The notes under the pieces are model-generated. The model did no database searches and was not told the DNA's origin. It saw only the letters and a program-made list of their open reading frames with translations. The position numbers were made by a program, and so were the translations under genes. 64,000 nucleotides of DNA, taken from Patescibacteria group bacterium. GTDB taxonomy: Bacteria; Patescibacteriota; Patescibacteriia; SG8-24. Location of the stretch: contig JBAYFM010000001.1 in the NCBI GenBank assembly GCA_041667185.1, positions 32,052-96,051 on the forward strand, in the 5' to 3' direction. Below, piece by piece: positions 1 through 9,211 of the stretch. Every line of letters starts with the position of its first letter. Within the stretch, counting starts at the first letter, position 1.

Positions 1-164
1 ACCCGGTCGGTTGGAGGTGGTCAAGCAACGCAAGAGGCGTCTGTGGATAGCTGAGTCAGGAGTCAGGCTTGCGGCGGCCGGTGATTTTGACAAAATAGCC
101 CTAAAGTGTTATGGTGATGACACTTTTATTGTCTAGCCCCAGGAGCGGGGATGAGCTCACATCT

Positions 165-908
165 ATGAAAGAACAACTGGAAAAGGACCTGCAACAGATC
201 GGTCTGTCGGAAAAAGAGGCCAAGGTCTACCTGGCGTCTTTGGAGCTCGGTCCGTCGACCGCGCAGACCATCGCCGCCAAGGCCACAGTCAACCGCCCGA
301 CCACTTACGTGATGATCGAGTCGCTCATCAAACGCGGCCTCATGAGCTCGTTCCAGAAAGGGAAGAAGAGGTTTTTTTCTGCTTCTAGTCCTCGACAAAT
401 GGGATATATTATTCAGCAAGAAAAAAATGAGCTCAAAAGAAAGGAACAAATAATTGAGGATATTTCAAAACAATTGAGCAGTGTAATCGATCCGAAGTCA
501 TCAATGCCCACCGTGCAAGTTTTTGAGGGTATTGCCGGTATTCAAGCGGCACAGAGCGATATTTTACAAACAGCTGCCAATGAATTGTTTGAATTGACGT
601 CCATGGATGAGTCTAGACAAATTTTGCCTCTTATTTACGAGAACGATATACGTCGAAAGATATTAGATAAATATAAAATAAAATCTTTATATTCGAGCAA
701 GTTGGGCTCGACCGAGGTAAAACATAAAAATGTCGATTCGAGAATGTTAAGCGATAAGCAAAAAGTCGCGTGTGACGTAATTATCTACGGAACCAAAGTT
801 TTATTGATATCTTACGATGGAAGCGCAAGCTGCGTATTATTGAATGGCCAGAAAATTGCCACAACTTTTAAAACGTTATTTTTGTCACTTTGGGAAAACG
901 CAAAATAA
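165..908 (+). CDS. TrmB-family transcriptional regulator (N-terminal wHTH plus C-terminal effector domain)
   Basis: LQQIGLSEKEAKVYLASLELG...RPTTYVMIESLIKRGL is a typical TrmB HTH; ATG 165 chosen inside ORF 111..908. Confidence 0.85.
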   Translation: MKEQLEKDLQQIGLSEKEAKVYLASLELGPSTAQTIAAKATVNRPTTYVMIESLIKRGLMSSFQKGKKRFFSASSPRQMGYIIQQEKNELKRKEQIIEDISKQLSSVIDPKSSMPTVQVFEGIAGIQAAQSDILQTAANELFELTSMDESRQILPLIYENDIRRKILDKYKIKSLYSSKLGSTEVKHKNVDSRMLSDKQKVACDVIIYGTKVLLISYDGSASCVLLNGQKIATTFKTLFLSLWENAK

Positions 909-909
909 T

Positions 910-1671
910 ATGTCTGTGAAACCATACGAAGCACAATTGAGCAAGTTAGGTTTTTCCGATAAGGAGGCTCGGGTGTATTTAGCTAGTTTGGAGTTGGGAC
1001 CCTCGCCAGTTCAGGCTATAGCACAAAAGGCCGGAGTAAAAAGAGCAACAACGTATGTAATGATTGAGGCGCTACGTGATCGCGGATTAGTTTCAACTTT
1101 TGAAAAGGGGAAGAAGACAATGTTTGTAGCAGAATCACCAGAAAGGTTGATGCACATTCTCGATCAGGAGGGAGAAACGATTATAAATAAAAAACGGCTT
1201 CTAGAAGATTTAATGCCGGATTTGGTTGCATTTCTTCGTGCCGCGGGTGATAGGCCCAACATATTATTTTATGAAGGCATCGAAGGGCTTAAGGCGATTC
1301 ATGAAGACATCCTAAGGACTAACGATAAGACTTTAGAAAATATTGTCGCGCTCGATGATGTATTAAAGGTGGAATCATCGCCGGATGATGTCGCTGTATT
1401 TCGTAATAGTCTTCATAGTAAGGGTATCGCGATTAGAATCCTTTATTCGTCTAAGTCAAAAGAAATTGAGTTACCGTCCAGGTTCTCATCTTGGGTGGTA
1501 AAAAAGATCCCGTACGAAAAAATGCCGCTACATGGTGAGATTACACTTTATGGTGATAAGGTCGCGGCATTTTCCTATAGAGGAAAGATTTTTGGGACTA
1601 TTATCGAAAGTAAGGAAATCGCACAGACTATAAGAGTTTTGTTTGAGTTGGCATGGGCGTCCATAAAATAA
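910..1671 (+). CDS. TrmB-family transcriptional regulator, tandem paralog, low GC
   Basis: LSKLGFSDKEARVYLASLELG...RATTYVMIEAL and FYEGIEG motif; ATG 910 directly after the upstream stop. Confidence 0.85.
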   Translation: MSVKPYEAQLSKLGFSDKEARVYLASLELGPSPVQAIAQKAGVKRATTYVMIEALRDRGLVSTFEKGKKTMFVAESPERLMHILDQEGETIINKKRLLEDLMPDLVAFLRAAGDRPNILFYEGIEGLKAIHEDILRTNDKTLENIVALDDVLKVESSPDDVAVFRNSLHSKGIAIRILYSSKSKEIELPSRFSSWVVKKIPYEKMPLHGEITLYGDKVAAFSYRGKIFGTIIESKEIAQTIRVLFELAWASIK

Positions 1672-1746
1672 AAAAAGCGGCTGCTTGAGTTAGCGCCACT
1701 TTTGCCGAAGAGATTCGAAGTTGGCTAGTTTTATGAGAGGTGGTAG

Positions 1747-1815
1747 TTAGCTACCACCGGGGCAGTGAGCCACCGGCCGTAGAAGCCAGCGTTGTCGTAT
1801 TGGAAAGAGCCACAT
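1747..1815 (-). CDS. Putative 22-aa peptide (MWLFPIRQRWLLRPVAHCPGGS)
   Basis: Preceded on the minus strand by TTGACA-17-TATATT, a boxA-like GATCTTCACAA and SD GGAGGG; no homology evidence. Confidence 0.35.
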   Translation of the reverse strand: MWLFPIRQRWLLRPVAHCPGGS

Positions 1816-1929
1816 TTTGCTACCCTCCGGTCCCCGGAGATGAAAAGGAGATACTGGTGTGGGGACCATGTTGTGAAGATCGTCGTCGACGACTTCCACA
1901 AGACGGCAATATAACATCAGTTCACCAAC

Positions 1930-1949
1930 TTGTCAATAGTCACTGACAA
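1930..1949. promoter_or_regulatory. Palindrome TTGTCA-N8-TGACAA overlapping a minus-strand -35 box
   Basis: ttgtca atagtcac tgacaa; the same geometry recurs at 47229-47248. Confidence 0.5.
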
Positions 1950-2094
1950 TAAAACTCGCCCCCTCAGCAGGGGCGAGTTTGATTGACCAGATGTTTTGAT
2001 CGCGATATTTTGAGTTTTTTCGAAGCTGATCCAGCTTGGGGCGTTCGCGGCCGGTTTAGGCGTTGTTTTCAAGACTCCCGCTCCGTGTTAATCT

Positions 2095-3444
2095 ATGGCC
2101 ATGAAAAGCAAGCTGAAAAAATTGGTTCCGGCCCGTTTTTTTGACGTTTACCACCTGGTCCTGGCTTATTTCGCGGCCTGGCGCCATGGCTTCCCATCGG
2201 AGAAAATGATCGTCATCGGCGTGACCGGCACGAACGGCAAATCGACCACCGCGAATCTCATCGCCCGCATCCTCGAGGAAGCGGGGGAGAAGGTCGGTCT
2301 CACGACGACCGTCAATTTCCGCATCGCCGGCCAGGACTGGCTGAACGACACCAAGATGACCATGCTCGGGCGATCGCGCCTGCAGGCGCTCCTGGCGCGG
2401 ATGGTCGCGGCCGGCTGCCGCTACGCCGTGGTCGAAACCTCTTCCGAGGGCGTCAAACAGCATCGCCACGCGGCCATCAATTATGACGCCGTCGTTTTCA
2501 CGAATCTGACGCCGGAACACCTGGAGTCGCACGGCGGCTTCGAGAATTACAAGCGAGCCAAGGGCGAACTGTTCCGCCATCTGACCGCGCGGCCGGTCAA
2601 GAGATTCGGCGGCCGCGAGATCGTTAAAACTTCCGTCGTCAATCTGAACGATCCGCACGCCGGATATTTCTTGTCTTTCGCCGCGCCGAAGAAGATCGGT
2701 TATCGCGCGGAACTGCCCGGCCGCAGCGCCGTCGCCGCCGCTGTGGATGAAACAACGGTCGCGACCGATGTCCGCGTCACCACCGAAGGTTCCGCGTTCA
2801 GCGTCGGCGGCGCCGCGTTCTTGCTGAAATTGCTCGGCGCTTTCAATGTCGAGAACGCGCTCGCGGCCATCGCGGTCACGAGCAGCCTCGGCGTGCCGCT
2901 TGCGACCGCGGCCCGGGCGCTCGCCAAGATCGAGGTCGTCCCCGGACGCATGGAATTCATCGCGGCCGGCCAGCCGTTCGCCGTGCTCGTCGATTACGCC
3001 CCGGAACCGGAATCCTTCCGCAAATTATACGAAGCGGTCGCCCTGTTCCCGAAGAAGCGCATCATCCACGTGCTGGGTTCCTGCGGCGGCGGCCGCGACC
3101 GCGATCGCCGGCCGGTGCTCGGACGCCTGGCCGCGGAGCACGCCGATATTGTGATCGTCACGAACGAGGATCCGTACGACGACGACCCGCTGGAGATCAT
3201 CCGCGAGGTCGCCGCCGGAGCGCGCGCGGCCGGCAAGCGAGAGAGGGAGAGTCTCTTCCTGGTTCCGGAGCGCCACGAGGCTTTGCGACAAGCTGTTGAT
3301 CTAGCCGCGCCCGGCGACCTGGTCATCGCGACCGGCAAGGGCGCGGAGCAAGCCATCGTCGGCGCGCACGGCGCCAGACAACCCTGGGATGAACGCGTCG
3401 AATTGCGCCGGCTCATCGCCCGCCGGCTCGCCGACGGTAAATAA
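2095..3444 (+). CDS. murE: UDP-N-acetylmuramoyl-tripeptide synthetase (MurE)
   Basis: GVTGTNGKST P-loop, ETSSEG, FTNLTPEHL, PGRME, DYA and TGKG motifs. Confidence 0.9.
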   Translation: MAMKSKLKKLVPARFFDVYHLVLAYFAAWRHGFPSEKMIVIGVTGTNGKSTTANLIARILEEAGEKVGLTTTVNFRIAGQDWLNDTKMTMLGRSRLQALLARMVAAGCRYAVVETSSEGVKQHRHAAINYDAVVFTNLTPEHLESHGGFENYKRAKGELFRHLTARPVKRFGGREIVKTSVVNLNDPHAGYFLSFAAPKKIGYRAELPGRSAVAAAVDETTVATDVRVTTEGSAFSVGGAAFLLKLLGAFNVENALAAIAVTSSLGVPLATAARALAKIEVVPGRMEFIAAGQPFAVLVDYAPEPESFRKLYEAVALFPKKRIIHVLGSCGGGRDRDRRPVLGRLAAEHADIVIVTNEDPYDDDPLEIIREVAAGARAAGKRERESLFLVPERHEALRQAVDLAAPGDLVIATGKGAEQAIVGAHGARQPWDERVELRRLIARRLADGK

Positions 3445-3452
3445 ACCTCGCT

Positions 3453-4145
3453 ATGTCGCTGCTCAAAGCCGTCAAACTGAAAGAGGGGGAGATCGTCGTG
3501 ATGATCCTGCGTCATTTTCCGCTGGTCTACGCGCCGCGGGTCCTGGCTGGCCTTTTGCTCGTGTCCGCGCCGTTCTTTTTCATGGTGCCGCTCTTCGCCA
3601 TGCGAGGCTTCGGCGTGCCGTGGGGGCTGTTCATTTTCGCCGCCTCCGTGCTGGCCGGCCTGCTCCACTCTTTGAAGACCTTTGTCGTCTGGTATTGGAA
3701 CGCTTTCATCATCACCAATCTGCGCGTCATCGACGTCGACCAGCGCGGTTTTTTCGAGCGCACCGTTTCGGAGGCGGCGTATGACAAGGTCCAGGACGTT
3801 TCGTATAAGATCAAGGGATTCTGGGGGACGCTCCTGAATTACGGCACGCTGATCATCCAGACCGCCGGCACCACTTCGAACCTGGAGTTGGAGTACGCGC
3901 GCGATCCCAAAGAGGTGCAGCACCTGCTCTCCGAGATCTTGGCCGCGCGACTGGCGGTGCCGGCTGGCGCTCGCAACGAGAAAGTCTCGGCGCTGCTTGA
4001 GGCGGCGGCGAGCCTGACGGATATCGAGGCCAAGGCCTTCCTAGTCGAACTCAAAGGAGCGGTAAACAACAAGGAGCCGAGGTCGGAGGCGGTCGATCAG
4101 GCCGACGTCGAGAAACTGATGAAGGATGATTCGGCGCAGGATTGA
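3453..4145 (+). CDS. Membrane protein with a bacterial PH (bPH_2-like) domain
   Basis: Two TM helices followed by IITNLRVIDVDQRGFF...VQDV...LNYGTLIIQTAG. Confidence 0.75.
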   Translation: MSLLKAVKLKEGEIVVMILRHFPLVYAPRVLAGLLLVSAPFFFMVPLFAMRGFGVPWGLFIFAASVLAGLLHSLKTFVVWYWNAFIITNLRVIDVDQRGFFERTVSEAAYDKVQDVSYKIKGFWGTLLNYGTLIIQTAGTTSNLELEYARDPKEVQHLLSEILAARLAVPAGARNEKVSALLEAAASLTDIEAKAFLVELKGAVNNKEPRSEAVDQADVEKLMKDDSAQD

Positions 4146-4166
4146 TCCCGCCGCACCGGTCAAAGT

Positions 4167-4574
4167 ATGGACCAGCATCAGAAGGCCAACGGCAGTTTTC
4201 TGGGCCGCCGCCGCATTCTCGCGGCCAATCTGGTCTTGTTGTTTCTGGTTGCCTGGGGATTTGCCGGCGAGCTGGCGCGTAATAACGCCATGAAGCGGGA
4301 TGTCGCCCGTCTGGAGGAACAGGCGCGGAAGCTGGAAGATGAGAACTTCGACATCGCCAAGCTGGGCCAGAAGTTCGCCGCGGCCGACGTTCTGGAGCGC
4401 GAGGCCAGGCTCAATCTTGGTTTGCAGAAGCCTGGGGAATCAGTTATCATCATCAAGGAAACTACGCCGCCGCCGCCGGCTCAGCCGCCGGAGGCAACCG
4501 GGTCCGCAGAGTCCCGGCCGCGCGAGTCGAACGCGCTGAAATGGTGGCGATATTTTTTTCATCAGAAACCATAA
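4167..4574 (+). CDS. Septum formation initiator (FtsB/DivIC-like)
   Basis: One TM helix, a coiled coil and EREARLNLGLQKPGE. Confidence 0.8.
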   Translation: MDQHQKANGSFLGRRRILAANLVLLFLVAWGFAGELARNNAMKRDVARLEEQARKLEDENFDIAKLGQKFAAADVLEREARLNLGLQKPGESVIIIKETTPPPPAQPPEATGSAESRPRESNALKWWRYFFHQKP

Positions 4575-4577
4575 CCC

Positions 4578-5588
4578 ATGCCTATGGCCGAAGAAGAGAA
4601 ACAGGAGTCCCCGGCGATGCCGGAAAAAGTCGAAGCGCCGATCCCGTCGGCGGAACCGGTTAAAACCAGGACCGTCAAATCCGTTGCCCGGAGTTTTGCG
4701 CTGGGTCTCGGAGCCGGCGTGATCCTGCTGGCCCTGATCCTATTGGCGGTTTTCGCGATCGGTATCTACAAGTACAACTGGAGCGGTCCGGCCACCACGG
4801 CCGTGCTCAAGGCGGTTCCGTATCCGGCGGCCATGGTCAACAACAACATCATTACTTACGCTGATTTTCTGGCCGACGTGGATACATTGAAGCATTTCTA
4901 TGCCAAGCTGGCGGCTGAGAATGCCGGCGCTCCGGCCGCGCCGGCGGAACCGGAGATCCGCAAGAACGTCCTGGACCGCCTGATCCAGAATGAGATTCTC
5001 AAGGAACAGGCGCTGAAGTACGATCTCAAAGTGACGGCGGAAGAGGTCGATGCCGAGTTCGCCAAGCTTTCGAGTCAGAGTGAGGGTTCAAGCGTCGAGC
5101 AGGAGATCATGGATCTCTACGGCTGGACCGTCCCCGAGTTCAAGGAAAAGGTCCTGGTGCCGTATCTCCTGCAGCAGAAGCTGGCCGAGGTGCTGGCCAA
5201 GGATGAAGCGTTCAACAAGGAGGCCGCGGACAAGGCTGCCGAGGTGGCGGCCAAGGCCAAGGCGGGCGAGGATTTCGCCGCGCTCGCGGCCGAGTACAGC
5301 GCCGATCTGTCGAACTCCAAGACCGGCGGCGAGCTGGGCTGGTTCGCCAAGGGTCTCATGGTGCCGGAGTTCGAGGCTGCGGCTTTCGCGCTCAAGGCCG
5401 GCGAGATCAGCGACCCAGTCAAGACCTCGTTCGGTTATCACATCATCAAAGTGTCGGAAGTGAAGACGGACAAGGATGGCGCCGTGACCGAGGTGAACGC
5501 GGCTCATATCCTGATCCAGACGATGACTGTCGAGGAGTATCTGCAGAAGCTGGTCGACGCGGCCAGCGTCAAGAAGATGGTCGAGTAA
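4578..5588 (+). CDS. PrsA/SurA-like parvulin peptidyl-prolyl isomerase
   Basis: TM anchor, SurA N-domain and [11 protein letters not shown]...GGELGWF...MVPEFE...FGYHIIK. Confidence 0.9.
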   Translation: MPMAEEEKQESPAMPEKVEAPIPSAEPVKTRTVKSVARSFALGLGAGVILLALILLAVFAIGIYKYNWSGPATTAVLKAVPYPAAMVNNNIITYADFLADVDTLKHFYAKLAAENAGAPAAPAEPEIRKNVLDRLIQNEILKEQALKYDLKVTAEEVDAEFAKLSSQSEGSSVEQEIMDLYGWTVPEFKEKVLVPYLLQQKLAEVLAKDEAFNKEAADKAAEVAAKAKAGEDFAALAAEYSADLSNSKTGGELGWFAKGLMVPEFEAAAFALKAGEISDPVKTSFGYHIIKVSEVKTDKDGAVTEVNAAHILIQTMTVEEYLQKLVDAASVKKMVE

Positions 5589-5596
5589 GAATATAT

Positions 5597-5627
5597 AAAA
5601 AGCGCCCGGCATCAGCCGGGCGCTTTT
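5597..5627. terminator. Intrinsic terminator, probably bidirectional
   Basis: aaaaagcgcccggc atca gccgggcgctttt. Confidence 0.75.
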
Positions 5628-5727
5628 GGTATCTTGGAAAGCGGCAGTCCAGGCTCCGGCGTCCGCGGGGCGGCAATAAAAAGACCGCGGAGAAGATCAT
5701 CCGCGGTCCGAGCCGGTCGTCTGTTTT

Positions 5728-6309
5728 TCATTCTTTTCTGCCGTGGAGGTGAACCTGGTCGTGCGTCCATTCGTTCTTCAGGGCCTCGGTCAGCAGCGCC
5801 TCGGTCTCCGGGTCCAGTTGGCCCTTGAGTGCCTTGAGCAAAGCGTAGCCCTGACAGGACAGCCCGAGCCGCTTCTCCATGGACCGGTAGTACTTATACG
5901 CCAGCCACAGGAACGGCGACAGCGGCACTAAGAATGGCAGTGAGAAAAAGGCGACGCCGATCTCGCCGGAACCCCCGGGTCCATTGTCGAGAAGCCACGC
6001 GCTGGAGTAGGTATGATCGATCCGGCGCGTCTCATAATTGATAGCGATCGTACATGGCTCTAGAGCCTCCTGCTCGTCGTACTTGTAGTGCAGATCCATG
6101 TTGATGCATCTCAATGGCGGATATAGGTGACCCTTCGATGGATCACAGGTTGCGACTGGAGGCCAATCCAGTTCGTGGCGTTCGCGTTCCCGGCGCGTTT
6201 CAAAGTCGTGGTCGACCGTCAGTTTCAGCCGGTGCGGCGGGCGAACCCAGAAATTGATGCCTGAGAGGACGATAGACGGTATCAGAGCCAGTTTTTCGGT
6301 GAACTTCAC
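5728..6309 (-). CDS. Hypothetical membrane protein
   Basis: GTG start with GGAGG SD, upstream TTGACT promoter and one C-terminal TM segment. Confidence 0.6.
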   Translation of the reverse strand: MKFTEKLALIPSIVLSGINFWVRPPHRLKLTVDHDFETRRERERHELDWPPVATCDPSKGHLYPPLRCINMDLHYKYDEQEALEPCTIAINYETRRIDHTYSSAWLLDNGPGGSGEIGVAFFSLPFLVPLSPFLWLAYKYYRSMEKRLGLSCQGYALLKALKGQLDPETEALLTEALKNEWTHDQVHLHGRKE

Positions 6310-6414
6310 GTTCTTCCTCCTGGTTGCGATCGAGCTTGTCGGCCCAATCTGCAGAGAAGATGTCAACGAACTGCTGATAATCTGGCAGTATTCCGATGAG
6401 AAGTCAACGGGCCG

Positions 6415-7253
6415 ATATTCAAAAGCGCCGAGCTTACGCCCGGCGCTTTCATTTGTGGAGCCACCTCGGGGAATCCGGCTCACCCGGCGGCGCTGGAAAA
6501 GTTCTCATGTGCGCCGCCTCCTTCGCCGCCCGCCGCATCTCGCCGTGCCATACTAGGCACGGCTCGCTGTCGGCTTCGATTCCCCGACCTATCTCTATAC
6601 GTAAAAAGCGCCTGGGATGAACCCAGCCGCTTTTTATGATGGAGCCACCTCGGGGAATCCTCCTCCCCCGCAGCTCGTCACTTGGGGCCCCTACCCCAAG
6701 TACTCACTGCTCCTCCGGAGCCCGGGTCGTCTCGGCTTGCCATACTAGGCAAGCCTCGCCGTACCCTTCGATTCCCCGACCTATCTCTATACGTAAAAAG
6801 CGCCTGGGATGAACCCAGCCGCTTTTTACGATGGAGCCACCTCGGGGAATCCTCCTCCCCCATAGCCCGTTACTTGGGGCCCCTGCCCCAAGTACTCACT
6901 GCTCCTCCGGAGCCCGGGTCGTCTCGGCTTGCCATACTAGGCAAGCCTCACCGTACCCTTCGATTCCCCTTCGGTGGCTTCTATATTTCAAAAGCGCCGA
7001 GCTTGCGCCCGGCGCTTTCATTTGTGGAGCCACCTCGGGGAATCGAACCCCGGACCTCTGCTTTACGAAAGCATTGCCCTACGGCGTGTCGGCCATGCTT
7101 GGCCGACATTTGGATAGGCGGCTAAGGCCGCCACCTCTAGCCGCAAGCCGCAGTATCGGACGAACTTAGCGCCTTTGCGCGAAGTTCTGTCCGGCGGCTT
7201 ACCAGCTGAGCATGAGGCAAACGAAAAACGGCCGCTTGCGCGGTCGTCTTTCG
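6415..7253 (-). repeat. Array of four extra tRNA-Thr 3' ends with structured inserts and terminator hairpins
   Basis: tggagccacctcggggaatc at 6456, 6640, 6832 and 7025, plus the real tRNA at 7254; units 6640 and 6832 are nearly identical. Confidence 0.9.
7025..7211 (-). pseudogene. Interrupted tRNA-Thr(CGT) copy with a ~120-nt insert in the D-arm and a degenerate 5' acceptor strand
   Basis: 3' 53 nt identical to the tRNA, insert at 7082-7201, then ccagctgagc, then divergence. Confidence 0.8.
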
Positions 7254-7329
7254 TGGAGCCACCTCGGGGAATCGAACCCCGGACCTCTGCTTTACGAAAG
7301 CATTGCTCTACCAGCTGAGCTAAGGTGGC
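7254..7329 (-). tRNA. tRNA-Thr(CGT)
   Basis: Reverse complement GCCACCTTAGCTCAGCTGGTAGAGCAATGCTTTCGTAAAGCAGAGGTCCGGGGTTCGATTCCCCGAGGTGGCTCCA; cloverleaf with CCA. Confidence 0.95.
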
Positions 7330-7400
7330 GTCTGTGTGATGGGACCAGCTAAGCTGGTCTCACCTCGCTTTTTTCGCTTTTTAAACCGAGCTGAGCTCGG

Positions 7401-7474
7401 TGGAGCGGGTAACGGGAATCGAACCCGTGTCTCAACCTTGGGAAGGTCGCATACTACCATTGTACTATACCCGC
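7401..7474 (-). tRNA. tRNA-Gly(CCC)
   Basis: Reverse complement GCGGGTATAGTACAATGGTAGTATGCGACCTTCCCAAGGTTGAGACACGGGTTCGATTCCCGTTACCCGCTCCA. Confidence 0.95.
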
Positions 7475-7613
7475 CCGGATAGCTGCAGGCGCGATTTGTC
7501 CCCAGCTGAGCCTGATCCCGCCTCATCCGGCACGCTTGGTCAAAGACGCGAATTATTATATACTTGTCCTATATCTTTGCAAGAACGCCGCCCCGGCAGC
7601 GGCCCAGAGGACC

Positions 7614-8294
7614 ATGATCCGACTTAAGAGCGTCACCAAATTTTATCCTCACGAAGTCGTGGGGCTCAAGAGCGTCAACCTGCATATCCGGCCGGGCGAG
7701 TTCGTGTCCGTGGTCGGCCAGAGCGGTAGCGGCAAGACGACGCTCGCCAAACTGCTCATCGCCGAAGAACGCCCGACCAAGGGCCAGATCATCATCGGCG
7801 GCTGGGATATTTCCGCTATCAGATCTTCGGAGATCCCGCTCCTGCGCCGGCAGATCGGCGTGGTCTTTCAGGATTTCAAACTGCTGCCCAAGAAGACCGT
7901 CTATGAGAACGTCGCGTTCGCTCTCGAGGTCTGCGGTGCGAGTTCCAAAAAGATCGCGAGCATCGTGCCGCAGGCGCTGAAGATCGTCGGGCTCTTGGGC
8001 AAGGGCGACCGCTATCCGTTCCAGATCTCCGGCGGCGAACAGCAGCGCGTGGTCATCGCCCGCGCCCTTGTCCACCGGCCGAAGATCATCGTCGCCGACG
8101 AGCCGACCGGCAATCTCGATTCCATCAACACCCGCGAGATCATCGATCTCCTGAAGAAGATCAACGAGTTCGGCACGACGGTGGTCCTCGTCACCCATAA
8201 TCGCGAGGTCGTGAACGAACTCCAGCGGCGCGTCATCACCATCGACAAGGGCCTGGTCGTTTCCGATCAGGAGGAGGGGAAATACGTCCTATGA
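7614..8294 (+). CDS. ftsE: Cell division ATP-binding protein FtsE
   Basis: [31 protein letters not shown] and DEPTGNLD; followed by ftsX. Confidence 0.92.
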   Translation: MIRLKSVTKFYPHEVVGLKSVNLHIRPGEFVSVVGQSGSGKTTLAKLLIAEERPTKGQIIIGGWDISAIRSSEIPLLRRQIGVVFQDFKLLPKKTVYENVAFALEVCGASSKKIASIVPQALKIVGLLGKGDRYPFQISGGEQQRVVIARALVHRPKIIVADEPTGNLDSINTREIIDLLKKINEFGTTVVLVTHNREVVNELQRRVITIDKGLVVSDQEEGKYVL

Positions 8295-9208
8295 GCTTCG
8301 TCTCCCTCGGCCGCGTCATCAGATTCGGCGCGCAGAATTTCACCCGCAATGTCTGGCTCGCGGCCGCGACCGTGAGCGTTCTGGCGCTCACGCTCGTGTC
8401 CATCAACTGCCTGGTCGTCGTCAATCTGCTCGGCAAGGTCGCGATCGACCTGGTCAAGTCCAAGATCGACGTCGCGGTCCATTTCAAGCCGGAGATCGAG
8501 GAGGAGCGGGTACACACCGTCCGCGTGTCGCTCCTGTCGCTGCCGGAGGTCAAGGAAGTGGAGTATGTTTCGCCGGCCCAGTCGCTGGAACGGTTCTCGC
8601 AGCTGTACAAGAAGGACGAGCTGATCCAGAAGTCGCTCGGCGAGATCGGCGACAATCCGTTCGGTTCGACCCTGATCGTCAAGGCCAAGGCGCTCGACGG
8701 TTATCCTAAGATCATCAAAGCGCTCGACGAACCGATCTTCTCGACCCTGATCGAGGAAAAAGATTTCGACGACCGCGAAATCATGATCAGTCGTGTCGAG
8801 CAGGTCGCGCGGCGCGTCGAGACCTTCGGCTTCGGCGCCAGCCTGTTCTTCGGCCTCATCACCCTGCTCATCATCTTCAACACCATCCGTGTCTCGATCT
8901 ACACCCATCGCGAAGAGATCCGCATCATGCGCCTGGTCGGAGCCGCTGACAGCTTCATTCGCGGACCGTTCTACGTCGAGGCGATCTTGTGGAGCACGCT
9001 CGCCATGCTGGCGGCGGCCGCCCTGATCTATCCGCTGCTCAGCCTGCTGCAGCCGTTCGTGCAATCATTCTTCGGCACGACCTCCGTGGATCTGCTGGGT
9101 TTCTACCGGGTTAATTATCTGCGTATTTTCGGTTCGCAGTATCTGGCCGTGGTCGTCATGGCGCTCGTCACGACCAAGCTGGCGACCGGACGGTATCTGC
9201 GCGCCTGA
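8291..9208 (+). CDS. ftsX: Cell division permease FtsX
   Basis: Four TM helices and IFNTIRVSIYTHREEIRIMRLVGA...FIRGPFYVE. Confidence 0.92.
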   Translation: MSFVSLGRVIRFGAQNFTRNVWLAAATVSVLALTLVSINCLVVVNLLGKVAIDLVKSKIDVAVHFKPEIEEERVHTVRVSLLSLPEVKEVEYVSPAQSLERFSQLYKKDELIQKSLGEIGDNPFGSTLIVKAKALDGYPKIIKALDEPIFSTLIEEKDFDDREIMISRVEQVARRVETFGFGASLFFGLITLLIIFNTIRVSIYTHREEIRIMRLVGAADSFIRGPFYVEAILWSTLAMLAAAALIYPLLSLLQPFVQSFFGTTSVDLLGFYRVNYLRIFGSQYLAVVVMALVTTKLATGRYLRA

Positions 9209-9211
9209 CCT

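Noticed and set aside
1740-1946. 68-aa plus-strand ORF
   Set aside because: It runs across a well-formed minus-strand promoter, leader and SD, which fit the sequence better.
7082-7201. Group I or BHB tRNA intron
   Set aside because: Too short, with no recognisable P7 core; the host copy lacks a pairing 5' acceptor strand, and the same element lies in the opposite orientation relative to tRNA-Gln.
6456-7273. CRISPR array (regularly spaced 20-bp repeats)
   Set aside because: The repeats are tRNA-Thr 3' ends, the spacers are ~165-210 nt and homologous to each other, and there are no cas genes.
6396-7627. ORFs such as 6682..7125, 6831..7169 and 7400..7627
   Set aside because: They are translations of tRNA and repeat sequence.
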